49,533 nucleotides of DNA from Calditrichota bacterium (GTDB taxonomy: Bacteria > Calditrichota > Calditrichia > RBG-13-44-9 > J042), in assembly GCA_003696445.1 (NCBI GenBank), contig RFHE01000038.1:1-49533 (forward strand), written 5' to 3'. The notes beneath the pieces were generated by a model, which worked only from the letters and a program-made list of their open reading frames with translations, was not told where the DNA came from and did not search any database. The position numbers and the translations under genes were made by a program. Of the stretch, positions 37,787 through 47,010 are shown one piece after another (the stretch's first letter is position 1; the number at the start of each line of letters is the position of its first letter).

Positions 37787-39007
37787 CTACTTGAACAGCA
37801 ATTTGACGTAGGTTAGCGGATTGGCCAGCTCCCGCTTGGGGATGATGCCAGCCATCATCCCGGCAATCCAGTCCGCCACATCGGGATTGGCCGCCGCCTT
37901 GCTCACCACCAGGTTGATCAGCGGTTTAATCTGCCCGATTTTTTGCAGCTGGTAGGAGAGACGCAGTTCAGGGCCAAGACGTTGCCAGAGCCGCTGGTCG
38001 TAGGTCGCCAGACGGGCAGCGGACACGTCGCCGTCGGATAGGGCTTCCGCAATAACCCGGGCAGCAATCCGCGCCGAACACATGGCGTTGCCGATTCCTT
38101 CGCCAGTAAACGGATCAATCAGGCCGGCGGCATCCCCCACCAGCACAAACCCATCCCCGGAGATGACCCGGCGCTTGCTGCCCACCGGCAAATTCCAGCC
38201 GGCGATGTCCCCGATCTGCTCGGCCTGCTCAAACCGTTCGCGAAAATGTGGTGCTTTCACTGCTTCCAGATGAGCGTAGCGCAGGCGAATGCCCTTCTTT
38301 TTCAGGCGGCTGTGCACCATGCCCAACCCTACGTTCACCATCCCGTCGTCAGCCGGAAAAATCCAGAAATAGCCGGGCAAAATATCTTCGATGTAATTTA
38401 ATTCAATGGCTTCCGGATCGACCGAAACGCCGCGGTAGTAGGCCCGGGTGGCCACAATCCAGTGATCCGGATCCATATCATAGATACCCAGCTTTCGCGA
38501 AATGATGGAGCTGAAACCATCCGCCCCCACCACAATCCGGGCACGAATTTCCTGGGAGGCTCCGCCGGTTTCCCTGCCTACAATGCCCAGCACCCGGCCG
38601 CTTTCCCGAAGCACGTCGGTCACGGTGAAGCCTTCCACGGTGTCTACCTTCTCCTGTGCCGCCTGGAACAGGATATTGTCAAAAATCAACCGACGGCAAA
38701 TGTAACCGTGCAGATTGCCGTTCTCCGGCGAAGGTTTAAAATAAATCTTCACCGATTTTCCGTTGGGTGCGGAAAATAAGACGCTGTTTACTTTCCTGTG
38801 AGGGGCCCGCTCCACGCAGTCCAGAAGGCCCAGTTCTTTCAGGTAAGTAATACTCTTGCCGGAAATGGCATCGCCGCAGATTTTGTCCCTGGGGAACTGC
38901 TTTTTATCCACCAGCAATACGTTCAGCCCAGCTTGTGTGGCGTAAAGGGCAGTTGTACTGCCCGCCGGACCGGCGCCTACAATCACCACATCGTAATCGG
39001 TTTGCAT
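37787..39007 (-). CDS. Geranylgeranyl reductase family FAD-dependent oxidoreductase
   Basis: YDVVIVGAGPAGSTTA...LLVDKKQFPRDKICGD, VLVGDAAGLIDPFTGEGIGNAM. Confidence 0.88.
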   Translation of the reverse strand: MQTDYDVVIVGAGPAGSTTALYATQAGLNVLLVDKKQFPRDKICGDAISGKSITYLKELGLLDCVERAPHRKVNSVLFSAPNGKSVKIYFKPSPENGNLHGYICRRLIFDNILFQAAQEKVDTVEGFTVTDVLRESGRVLGIVGRETGGASQEIRARIVVGADGFSSIISRKLGIYDMDPDHWIVATRAYYRGVSVDPEAIELNYIEDILPGYFWIFPADDGMVNVGLGMVHSRLKKKGIRLRYAHLEAVKAPHFRERFEQAEQIGDIAGWNLPVGSKRRVISGDGFVLVGDAAGLIDPFTGEGIGNAMCSARIAARVIAEALSDGDVSAARLATYDQRLWQRLGPELRLSYQLQKIGQIKPLINLVVSKAAANPDVADWIAGMMAGIIPKRELANPLTYVKLLFK

Positions 39008-39529
39008 GGGGAACAGTAGCCTCCTCTTCGCCTTCGGTTTATCCGGCCTCCTGGGTATCCGGGAAATGAGCGGGAAAATTTAAGCCCCACCCCTGGTATT
39101 CGCAATATGGTTCCCAAAAGGCCGCCAGAGCACCCTCACCTCATAGGCAATGGCCAACTCCCTGCAAACTTTTCGTTAATCAAACAGAAGAAAAAAGGGA
39201 AGAACAGCCCTATTTTTTCAAAATTAACTTCGGGGTTAGAAAAAATAACGCACCCCCTTCCCAAATCCACAAATTTTGAGTATATTGAAAAGAATCGATT
39301 TAAGGGCGGTGTAAAACATGTTCTTTGGCTTGCCAAAACCGTGCTCGCGAGTTGCCACTGTGCAGCCTTCGCTTCCGAATTTGGCCGGTTGGTCGATTGG
39401 GAACTCGATTGCAATATCGAAAGCGCTGCTTGCCTTGTTTTCCTATGCAATCAAAATACACACCGTAACCCCTATTCCAAAAAGGAGTAGGTCTGTCTTT
39501 AACCACTAAACAAAACTGAGGAGGCCGTT

Positions 39530-39928
39530 ATGAGTAGTGTGTTGCTTCTTGGTCGGATTTTGTTTTCCCTGATTTTCATTTTCTCCGGGCTGAACCACAT
39601 TTTCAATCTCAAAGCCATGACTCAGTACGCCGCCAGCATGGGCGTACCGGCAGCCGCGGTGTTGGTCCCGTTAAGTGGCCTCTGGATTCTGGTTGGCGGT
39701 GCTTTTGTCCTTTTGGGCTACAAGGCAAAACTGGGTGGTTGGATGCTTTTTATTTTCCTGATTCTGGCTGCTTTGTTCATGCACCGGTTCTGGGGCGTCG
39801 ATGACCCCATGATGGCTCAAAATCAGATGATTCATTTCATGAAGAACATGTCCATGGCCGGTGCCGCCCTGATGATTACTTACTTTGGTTCCGGTCCCCA
39901 CAGTCTGGAAAAGGGCGAAGGCGAGTAA
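39530..39928 (+). CDS. DoxX family membrane protein
   Basis: 132 aa, four hydrophobic segments, a DoxX-like pattern (LLLGRILFSLIFIFSGLNH...), and SD GAGGAGG upstream. Confidence 0.82.
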   Translation: MSSVLLLGRILFSLIFIFSGLNHIFNLKAMTQYAASMGVPAAAVLVPLSGLWILVGGAFVLLGYKAKLGGWMLFIFLILAALFMHRFWGVDDPMMAQNQMIHFMKNMSMAGAALMITYFGSGPHSLEKGEGE

Positions 39929-39987
39929 TCGCTTCACCGGGAAGAATTGCTTTTTCCTGAGTTTAAAGTGAATGGAGAATCGGCGGA

Positions 39988-40026
39988 AGCGGGAGCCCAT
40001 CGGTTGAGTGGCTCCCGCTTTTTTTG
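39988..40026 (+). terminator. Strong rho-independent terminator between doxX and yhhQ
   Basis: AGCGGGAGCC-12 nt loop-GGCTCCCGCT (10 bp) followed by seven T. Confidence 0.85.
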
Positions 40027-40059
40027 CTCCTAAAACTTGCACTGAGAAGCAGGTGGGTG

Positions 40060-40767
40060 ATGGTGGTTCCCCGCACCGGATCGAGCTGCGAAGAGAGGCC
40101 AACCTACTCGGCGTACTTTTTGGGTTGCCTGGCCCTGTTTGTGACCAGCTTGTTGACTGCCAACGTGATTGCAATAAAGTTGTTCCAGATCGGTCCTCTG
40201 GTGCTGCCGGCGGGCATCATCATTTTCCCCATCAGCTACATTCTGGGTGATGTGTTTACCGAGGTTTATGGCTACCGCCGCGCCCGGCAGGTCATCTGGG
40301 TGGGGTTTGCCTGTAATGCGTTGCTGGTGGCGGTGGTGTGGGTAGCCATTCATTTGCCGCCAGCCTCATTCTGGCCTCACCAGAAGGCTTTTCAGACCGT
40401 TCTGGGCTTTACCCCGCGTCTGCTGGTCGCCTCTTTTCTGGCTTATTTAGCCGGCGAGTTCAGCAACGCCTATGTGCTGGCCCGGCTCAAGGTGGCTACC
40501 TCCGGGAGATGGCTCTGGTTGCGTACCATCGGGTCCACACTGGTGGGCCAGGCTTTGGATTCCACTATTTTCATCGGGGTGGCCTTTGCCGGGTTGTTTC
40601 CCCTGCAAACCCTCTTCAGGACAATTGTCGCGCAGTGGCTGGTAAAATCCAGCTACGAAGCCCTGGTTACCCCATTCACCTACCTGGTGGTGAATTTTCT
40701 GAAGCGCCGCGAAAATCTGGATGTTTACGATCGCTACACGGATTTTAACCCGTTTCACTGGGATTGA
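40060..40767 (+). CDS. yhhQ: Queuosine precursor transporter (YhhQ/VUT family)
   Basis: FPISYILGDVFTEVYGYRRARQVIW signature and multiple TM segments. The start is ambiguous (GTG 40057 / ATG 40060 / GTG 40063). The TTG at 40024 lies inside the terminator T-run and is unlikely. Confidence 0.82.
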   Translation: MVVPRTGSSCEERPTYSAYFLGCLALFVTSLLTANVIAIKLFQIGPLVLPAGIIIFPISYILGDVFTEVYGYRRARQVIWVGFACNALLVAVVWVAIHLPPASFWPHQKAFQTVLGFTPRLLVASFLAYLAGEFSNAYVLARLKVATSGRWLWLRTIGSTLVGQALDSTIFIGVAFAGLFPLQTLFRTIVAQWLVKSSYEALVTPFTYLVVNFLKRRENLDVYDRYTDFNPFHWD

Positions 40768-41621
40768 GCTGGTCCACTCCTACCGGCTCTTTCTCCCAGC
40801 ATAAGCAGGCTGCGCAGGATGACTGCGGCCAGTACGATGGCGCCCCCGACCAGAGCCCAGGGTCCGGGTCGTTCTCCCAATACCAAAAAAACCCAGACCG
40901 GATTTAAAATGGGCTCGATGTAAGGAATGAGCACCGCTTCAATGGCCGGTACATGCTGAATGGCGTAGGTAAACAGAATGTAGGGCAAGGCCAATTGAAA
41001 TACACCCAGAATCAGGATGCCGGCCAGCCCACCGGCATTGGGGAGGGGCCGAAACAGAAATGGAAGGCAGATGAACGCGGCCAGTAGATTGCCCAGAAAA
41101 ACGATTTCCAAGGGCGACTGGGCTTTCTGCTTACGCAAAATGAGCGCAAACCAGGCGAAGGCCACGCCGCTGGCCAGGGCAAGAAGATTGCCCAGGAAGC
41201 CGGACAGGGTCAGCTGATCCTTAAAAAACAGGCCGATGCCCAGCAGGGCCGCCAGCAGAGTCAGCCAGTCCACCGGGCGGGGCTTTTCCCCGAGATACCA
41301 GTAGCCGAACACAGCCACGTAAGCCGGCGCGGTGTATTGCAATAGGATGGCGTTAGCCGCCGTGGTCCATTTCGTGGAGACCACAAACAAAACCACCACC
41401 AAGGCGTAACAGAAGGCGCCGATCAGGTGTATATGGCTTCGTGGCCGGGGAAATTTACCCAGAACCAGAGCAAAGACCAGCGAGGCAACCAGGCTTCGGG
41501 CACCGGCCAGCGCCAGTGGATGCCAGTGAATCAGCTTAATCAGCAAGCCCCCGCTGCTCCACAGCAGCGCTGCTAACAGCAGGGCCCCGGCAGAACGAAA
41601 GGCAGGATCGTGTCCTCTCAT
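40755..41621 (-). CDS. EamA/DMT family transporter
   Basis: Ten hydrophobic segments in two EamA-like halves. Start at ATG 41621. The 3' end overlaps the yhhQ 3' end by 13 nt (convergent). Confidence 0.8.
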   Translation of the reverse strand: MRGHDPAFRSAGALLLAALLWSSGGLLIKLIHWHPLALAGARSLVASLVFALVLGKFPRPRSHIHLIGAFCYALVVVLFVVSTKWTTAANAILLQYTAPAYVAVFGYWYLGEKPRPVDWLTLLAALLGIGLFFKDQLTLSGFLGNLLALASGVAFAWFALILRKQKAQSPLEIVFLGNLLAAFICLPFLFRPLPNAGGLAGILILGVFQLALPYILFTYAIQHVPAIEAVLIPYIEPILNPVWVFLVLGERPGPWALVGGAIVLAAVILRSLLMLGERAGRSGPAQSQ

Positions 41622-41842
41622 CGGCGCAGAATTTAGTTTGCTAAAAATAAAAAGAAAACCAGAATCCATAAACCGGCAGGCCGGCGAAAAGCATTCGCCG
41701 ACTGCGGTGTTCGATTCACTTTCCGGCCCAGGAAGAGCTTTGCTATACCGCGGGAACTATTGCTCATTGCATTAATTGAATGAGTGGGTTTACTTTAAAC
41801 CTTGATAATAGGAAAGCAAAGTCAATCGAAAGGGATGTAATC

Positions 41843-42616
41843 ATGTATCCGATTTTGTTTAAAATTGGGCCCCTGGAAGTAGGTACCTTCGGGGTAATGC
41901 TGGTTCTGGCCTTTTTAACCAGTGGATGGGTGGCTCGCCGGGAATTAGAACGACATGGGTTTGATGGAGAGTGGGCCTGGAACATGTTGTTTGCGGCAGC
42001 GCTGGCTGGTATTGTCGGTGCCCGTACTTATTTTATTTTTGAGCACTGGTCGGAGTTTTTGCAGGATCCGCTGGGGCTGTTGCTCTCCCGCGGGGGGTTG
42101 ACCTGGTACGGCGGGTTTATCGCCGGCATTGCTGCGGTGGTATGGGTTATTCACAAGCTGCCGGCCCCTTCCCTGAAAATTGCCGACCTGGTGGCACCGG
42201 TTATCCTGCTCGGCTATGCCATCGGGCGTATCGGGTGCCTGCTGGCCGGCGATGGCGACTACGGACCTCCGGCCGATGTGCCTTGGGCCATGGCCTTTCC
42301 CCACGGCATTGTGCCCACCACCGTGCCAGTGCACCCCACGCCCCTCTACGAAACGCTGATGTCCCTGCTGTTGTTCTGGGTGTTGTGGAAACTGCGCACC
42401 CGGCCCCACCTGCCCGGCACCATGGTCAGCTACATGATGATTGCTTACGGCATCGAGCGCTTTGTGGCCGAATTCTGGCGCACTACCCCCAAAATTTTGT
42501 TCGGCTGGATGAGTATGGCGCAAATTCTCAGCGTGCTTTTTATCCTGGCTGGCCTGACCTGGCTCATGCGGCTCCGGCAGCGCGCTCGGGCGGAGTCGAT
42601 TGCTTCTTCTGGATAA
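41843..42616 (+). CDS. lgt: Prolipoprotein diacylglyceryl transferase
   Basis: MYPILFKIGPLEVGTFGVMLVLAF N-terminus, GRIGCLLAGDGDYG, HPTPLYE. The ATG at 41843 follows AAAGGGA. Confidence 0.9.
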   Translation: MYPILFKIGPLEVGTFGVMLVLAFLTSGWVARRELERHGFDGEWAWNMLFAAALAGIVGARTYFIFEHWSEFLQDPLGLLLSRGGLTWYGGFIAGIAAVVWVIHKLPAPSLKIADLVAPVILLGYAIGRIGCLLAGDGDYGPPADVPWAMAFPHGIVPTTVPVHPTPLYETLMSLLLFWVLWKLRTRPHLPGTMVSYMMIAYGIERFVAEFWRTTPKILFGWMSMAQILSVLFILAGLTWLMRLRQRARAESIASSG

Positions 42617-42692
42617 ATGTTCGCCTGTAACTTTTCCTGAACAGGGCAATCCAACAAAATAACATGCACAACCAATAGAGGAGGAAAGACCC

Positions 42693-43082
42693 ATGAGCTA
42701 CTATGTGGCGAAACGCTTAAATACATCCTTTAACGAAGCCATCGAAAAGGTGACAGCCGCACTGCAGGAAGAAGGGTTTGGCATCCTCACTGAGATCGAT
42801 GTCAAGGAAACACTAAAAAAGAAATTGGATGTGGATTTTCGGCCCTACAAAATTCTGGGGGCCTGTAATCCTCCCTTTGCTTACAAGGCCTTGCAGGCGG
42901 AGGACAAGATTGGTACCATGCTGCCCTGTAACGTTATTGTGCAACAACTGGAAGATGGCACCGTGGAAGTTGCCGCTATCGATCCCATTGCTTCCATGCA
43001 GGCGGTTCAAAATCCCCGGCTGGAAGAGATTGCCCAGGAAGTCAGGCGCCGCCTGTCGAAGGTAGTGGAGTCTCTAAATTAA
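42693..43082 (+). CDS. DUF302 domain protein
   Basis: 129 aa with GFGILTEIDVKETLKKKL...YKILGACNP pattern. Confidence 0.8.
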   Translation: MSYYVAKRLNTSFNEAIEKVTAALQEEGFGILTEIDVKETLKKKLDVDFRPYKILGACNPPFAYKALQAEDKIGTMLPCNVIVQQLEDGTVEVAAIDPIASMQAVQNPRLEEIAQEVRRRLSKVVESLN

Positions 43083-43144
43083 GGTAACCGCAGGTTCCTT
43101 GCTGTCTTTGATTTAAAGTTACCCCCCGGCTGCTGGCCGCATGT

Positions 43145-43198
43145 CCCCGAAAAATGGTTGAGGTTCGGGGGCAGGTTGGCCGGCGGCCATTCTTTTTT
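43145..43198 (+). terminator. Tandem hairpins plus T-run downstream of the DUF302 gene
   Basis: CCCCGAA-12 nt-TTCGGGG (43145-43170), then TGGCC-ggc-GGCCA (43177-43189), followed by TTCTTTTTT. Confidence 0.4.
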
Positions 43199-43449
43199 CC
43201 ACCGGCCCAGCTTTGCATTTTGTTTGTGCAATTCCTTGCTGCTCTGTTAAATTGTATTTTTTGCGAAGTCCGGAGGGCGCATTCTGGAAAAGGAAGGCTC
43301 TTCGGGAGCCTGGAGCATACCAGGGGGCAAAAAAGCGCTCCACTTGTTTTCCCCTGGTTTGGGAAAGGCATGGCTGATCAATTCCATGTTCAACTGCATC
43401 GAAAACTGGACGAGCATAAGAAGGGAGAAAAACGCTGAAGCGGGAGACG

Positions 43450-44943
43450 ATGGCTAAATTCGATCGCGCATCCGGTTTGTTACTGCATCCTACCTCGTTG
43501 CCGGGACCAAACGGCATTGGTGAATTGAGCAGTTTTGCTTACCGCTGGATAGATACTTTGGTCACCGCCAGGCAACGGGTGTGGCAGGTGTTGCCCCTGG
43601 GACCTACTGGTTATGGCAACTCGCCTTATCAAACCATTTCCTCCTTTGCCGGCAATCCGTTGCTCATCGATCTGGACTGGCTGGTTGCCGAAGGCCTGCT
43701 GGAGCCTGCTGATCTGCGAGGACGGGCAGAGTTGCCTCAGGATCGGGTGGATTTTGCCCGTTTGGTGCCCTGGAAATGGGAGATTCTGCATCGGGTCGGC
43801 TGCACATTTGAACAGCGAGCTTCCACCGGGTTACTCGATGCCTTTGAGAATTTTTGCCGCCAGCACGAGGAAGCCTGGCTGGAAGATTTTGCTTTTTTCC
43901 TAGCCCTAAAGAATCACTTCGGTGGGGTTGCCTGGAATGAATGGCCTGCAGCCATCCGCTTACGCCAGCCCAAAGCGATGAGGCAGTGGCGCAGCCAGTT
44001 GAGGGGAGAGATTCAATGCCACAAGGTGATTCAATTTCTCTTCTTCCACCAATGGCAGGCATTGAAGAACTACGCCAATCAGAAAGGGATCCAGATTTTT
44101 GGAGATATTCCCATTTATGCCACCTACGACAGCGCCGATGTGTGGGCTCATCAGGAGCTGTTTCAACTCGATGAGGCCGGGCTGCCGCTTGTGGTGGCCG
44201 GCGTACCACCGGACTACTTCAGCAGAACCGGTCAGCTGTGGGGCAATCCCATTTACGACTGGGAGAAGATGCGCGAAAACGGTTATCGCTGGTGGATTGC
44301 TCGTATCGCTCATGCGCTGCGTCTGGTGGATGTGGTGCGCGTGGATCATTTCCGTGGATTCGAGGCTTACTGGGAGGTGCCCTTCGGCGAAGAGACGGCG
44401 ATTAATGGGCGCTGGGTCAAAGGACCGGGGGCCTCCTTTTTTGAAGCGGTACTCAATGCGCTGGGCGATATTCCTATTGTTGCCGAGGACCTGGGTGAGA
44501 TTACCCCGGAGGTGCTGGCCCTGCGCGACCAGTTCGGTTTTCCCGGCATGAAGATTCTCCAGTTTGCTTTTGCTTCCGGGCCGAGCGATCCTTTTTTGCC
44601 CCATAATTATACCCGCAATTTTGTGGTTTACACGGGTACGCACGACAACGACACCACCCATGGGTGGTATATGGCTGCACCGCAGCACGAAAAGGAATAC
44701 TGCCATCGTTACCTGGGCGGGGTTCCGCGCGACATCGCCTGGGCGCTGATGCGTTTGGCCTCGGCCTCGGTGGGGGTCTGGTGCGTCTTTCCGGTTCAGG
44801 ACGTCTTGAGTTTGGGCAGTGAGGCTCGGATGAACTATCCGGGACGCGCCGAAGGCAACTGGGCCTGGCGTATGCCACCCAACGCCCTGCAACCCCATCA
44901 TATAGAGTCCCTGGCGGAAATGAGCGCCACCTACGGCCGGTAG
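43450..44943 (+). CDS. malQ: 4-alpha-glucanotransferase (amylomaltase, GH77)
   Basis: RASGLLLHPTSLPGPNGIGEL, SPYQ, VRVDHFRGF, EDLG, GTHDNDT. Confidence 0.92.
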   Translation: MAKFDRASGLLLHPTSLPGPNGIGELSSFAYRWIDTLVTARQRVWQVLPLGPTGYGNSPYQTISSFAGNPLLIDLDWLVAEGLLEPADLRGRAELPQDRVDFARLVPWKWEILHRVGCTFEQRASTGLLDAFENFCRQHEEAWLEDFAFFLALKNHFGGVAWNEWPAAIRLRQPKAMRQWRSQLRGEIQCHKVIQFLFFHQWQALKNYANQKGIQIFGDIPIYATYDSADVWAHQELFQLDEAGLPLVVAGVPPDYFSRTGQLWGNPIYDWEKMRENGYRWWIARIAHALRLVDVVRVDHFRGFEAYWEVPFGEETAINGRWVKGPGASFFEAVLNALGDIPIVAEDLGEITPEVLALRDQFGFPGMKILQFAFASGPSDPFLPHNYTRNFVVYTGTHDNDTTHGWYMAAPQHEKEYCHRYLGGVPRDIAWALMRLASASVGVWCVFPVQDVLSLGSEARMNYPGRAEGNWAWRMPPNALQPHHIESLAEMSATYGR

Positions 44944-45170
44944 GCCACCACCGGCCTCTACACAAATTGCGTCGGCTGTTTACCTGATGAAATTTGCAGT
45001 TTTGATTGTCGTGTGGTTTCAGCTAAATTTGACCATTGAACAACAAAGGAAACTGGCTCGCCAGCGTGGCTTTCATCTCGTGCCTGAACCGGTGAAATCC
45101 TCAAGACAGGAGGTCAGTTCTGGCCGGACACGATCTGGTGTACAACGAACAGCTGGAGTGAGGGAATTCG

Positions 45171-45680
45171 ATGCCCTGGTACGCCTTATACACACGGCCG
45201 CGTCACGAAAAAAAGGTTTATGAAGGGCTCAGCGAAAAGGGCATCACCGCCTTTTTGCCCACCGTTCGCCAATTACGGCAGTGGAAAGACCGCCGTAAAT
45301 GGGTGGAGATGCCCCTGTTTAACAGCTACGTGTTTGTACAGATCGAACTAAAAGACAAGCTTCGCGCTCTGCAAACCAAAGGTGTGGTCCGGATGGTCTC
45401 TTTTGGCGGGGTGCCGGCGGCCATTCCCGACTGGCAGATTGAGCAGTTACGGCGCGTCATTGAACACCCCGAAACCCTCCAGCCGGAACAATACCTGAAG
45501 GAGGGGGACTGGGTGGAGATCATTGAAGGGCCTCTGAAGGGAGTTCGCGGCTATTTACGGCAGTTGCGCGGCGAAACCCGGGTGGCCATCTTGATCGATG
45601 GGATCTACCAGTCGGCCAGTTTTGTGGTGGACCGCCGTTTTGTCAAAAAAATCCGTCAGCCCGAGGAGGAAAGCCGGTAA
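45171..45680 (+). CDS. UpxY-family (NusG/RfaH-like) transcription antiterminator
   Basis: MPWYALYTRPRHEKKV...FLP...W.DRRK.VE.PLFNSYVFV NGN domain, plus a KOW region (GDWVEIIEGPLKGVRGYL). Confidence 0.85.
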   Translation: MPWYALYTRPRHEKKVYEGLSEKGITAFLPTVRQLRQWKDRRKWVEMPLFNSYVFVQIELKDKLRALQTKGVVRMVSFGGVPAAIPDWQIEQLRRVIEHPETLQPEQYLKEGDWVEIIEGPLKGVRGYLRQLRGETRVAILIDGIYQSASFVVDRRFVKKIRQPEEESR

Positions 45681-46029
45681 GCGCTTCTGGGTGGAAAACC
45701 ATGGTGTACAAATCTTGGCCGGTTAAAAAGATTGGCTTAAAAAAGTGCGTTCGGGCAAGGCGGCTGGCAAAAATCTTTTTATGTTACCCGCCCTGAAAGC
45801 CGATGATGGCCTGGAAGGGGTGGAACGAGGAAAATTCTAGAAGATTGTCGATAAAAAGCGTGAACAGACTCATTAACGGAAGTTACCCGGTCAAAACTCT
45901 TGAACACCCTGCCCATTGGCCCGTCCGGCACTGGCTCGCTCCGGCTGCCGGATTACAGGCAATTCAGCAAAACCCCGCCAAACAATTTTTGACAAACAGG
46001 TTCACCTTAAACAGGGATGGGAACAGGCG

Positions 46030-46983
46030 ATGAACTATCTGGTTACTGGAGGCGCCGGTTTTATTGGATCCAATCTTGTAGAAGCACTGCTGGCCCGGGG
46101 GCATCGGGTGCGCGTGCTGGACAATTTTGCCACCGGCAATCGGGAAAACGTGAAGCCGTTTCTGGACCGCATTGATTTGATTGAGGGCGATCTGCGCAGC
46201 TACCACATCGTGCGCGAAGCGGTCGCAGGGATGGATTTTGTCCTCCATCAGGGCGCCTTGCCATCGGTACCCCGCTCCATTCAGGATCCGGTTACCACCA
46301 ACGAGGTTAACGTCACCGGCACGCTGAACCTGCTCCACGCCGCCCTGGATGCCGGGGTCAAGCGGGTGGTGTTTGCCAGCTCCTCCTCCATTTACGGGAA
46401 CAGCCCGGTGCTGCCCAAACGCGAGGACATGATGCCCAATCCCCTTTCTCCGTATGCGGTGTCCAAACTGGCCGGCGAAAAGTATTGCCAGGTTTTTTCC
46501 CGAATCTACGGCCTGCACACCGTCTGCCTGCGCTACTTTAACGTGTTTGGTCCCCGGCAGAACCCCGATTCCCAGTACTCGGCGGTTATCCCCAAATTTA
46601 TTAAGGCCATTCTGAACGACCAGCAGCCAACCATTTACGGCGATGGGGAACAGAGCCGGGATTTTACCTTCGTAGAAAACGTGGTTGCCGCCAACATTTT
46701 AGCCACCGAAGTGGATTGCCCACCGGGTGTGGTCATGAATTGTGCCGTCCACCAGCGCATTACCCTCAACGAGCTGGTGGCGCACATCAATCGAATCCTG
46801 AACAAAACGATTCAGCCTCTCTACACCGACCCCCGCCCGGGGGATGTGAAACATTCCTTTGCCGATATTGCTTTAATCAAAAAAACGCTGGGTTACCAGC
46901 CGGCCGTTTATTTTGAGGAAGGACTGCGACGCACCATCGAATGGTTCAAAAATCAATACAATCAGGAAACGGTTTACAGTTAA
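46030..46983 (+). CDS. NAD-dependent nucleotide-sugar epimerase (extended SDR, WbpP/TviC-like)
   Basis: VTGGAGFIGSNL, SSSSIYG, YAVSKLAGE (YxxxK), RYFNVFGPRQ. Start at ATG 46030. Confidence 0.88.
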   Translation: MNYLVTGGAGFIGSNLVEALLARGHRVRVLDNFATGNRENVKPFLDRIDLIEGDLRSYHIVREAVAGMDFVLHQGALPSVPRSIQDPVTTNEVNVTGTLNLLHAALDAGVKRVVFASSSSIYGNSPVLPKREDMMPNPLSPYAVSKLAGEKYCQVFSRIYGLHTVCLRYFNVFGPRQNPDSQYSAVIPKFIKAILNDQQPTIYGDGEQSRDFTFVENVVAANILATEVDCPPGVVMNCAVHQRITLNELVAHINRILNKTIQPLYTDPRPGDVKHSFADIALIKKTLGYQPAVYFEEGLRRTIEWFKNQYNQETVYS

Positions 46984-47010
46984 ATGCCTGCGATAAAAGG
47001 AGAGTGCGCA

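Noticed and set aside
39107-39490. 127-aa ORF (and the antisense 104-aa ORF) in the doxX upstream gap
   Set aside because: It has no SD and an AT-rich, atypical composition with poly-Lys and low-complexity runs. I recognise no motif.
39486-39524. preQ1-I-like element upstream of doxX: short hairpin AGT(A)GG...CCACT followed by AAACAAAACTGAGGAGG, resembling the A-rich tail and SD of the Thermoanaerobacter preQ1 riboswitch
   Set aside because: The helix needs a bulge. The loop is longer than in known aptamers and lacks the unpaired ligand-binding C immediately 5' of the 3' stem strand. The gene directly downstream is doxX rather than yhhQ, which sits behind a strong terminator. An A-rich leader before an SD is common. 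This still deserves a cmsearch with RF00522.
45925-45950. Other sigma54-like strings: CGGCACTGGCTCGC upstream of the epimerase, TGGCAAATTTAGC at about 19550, TGGCTGCAAGGGCAG at about 8072
   Set aside because: The GG-to-GC spacing is off by one or more nucleotides in each, and sigma54 promoters do not tolerate that.
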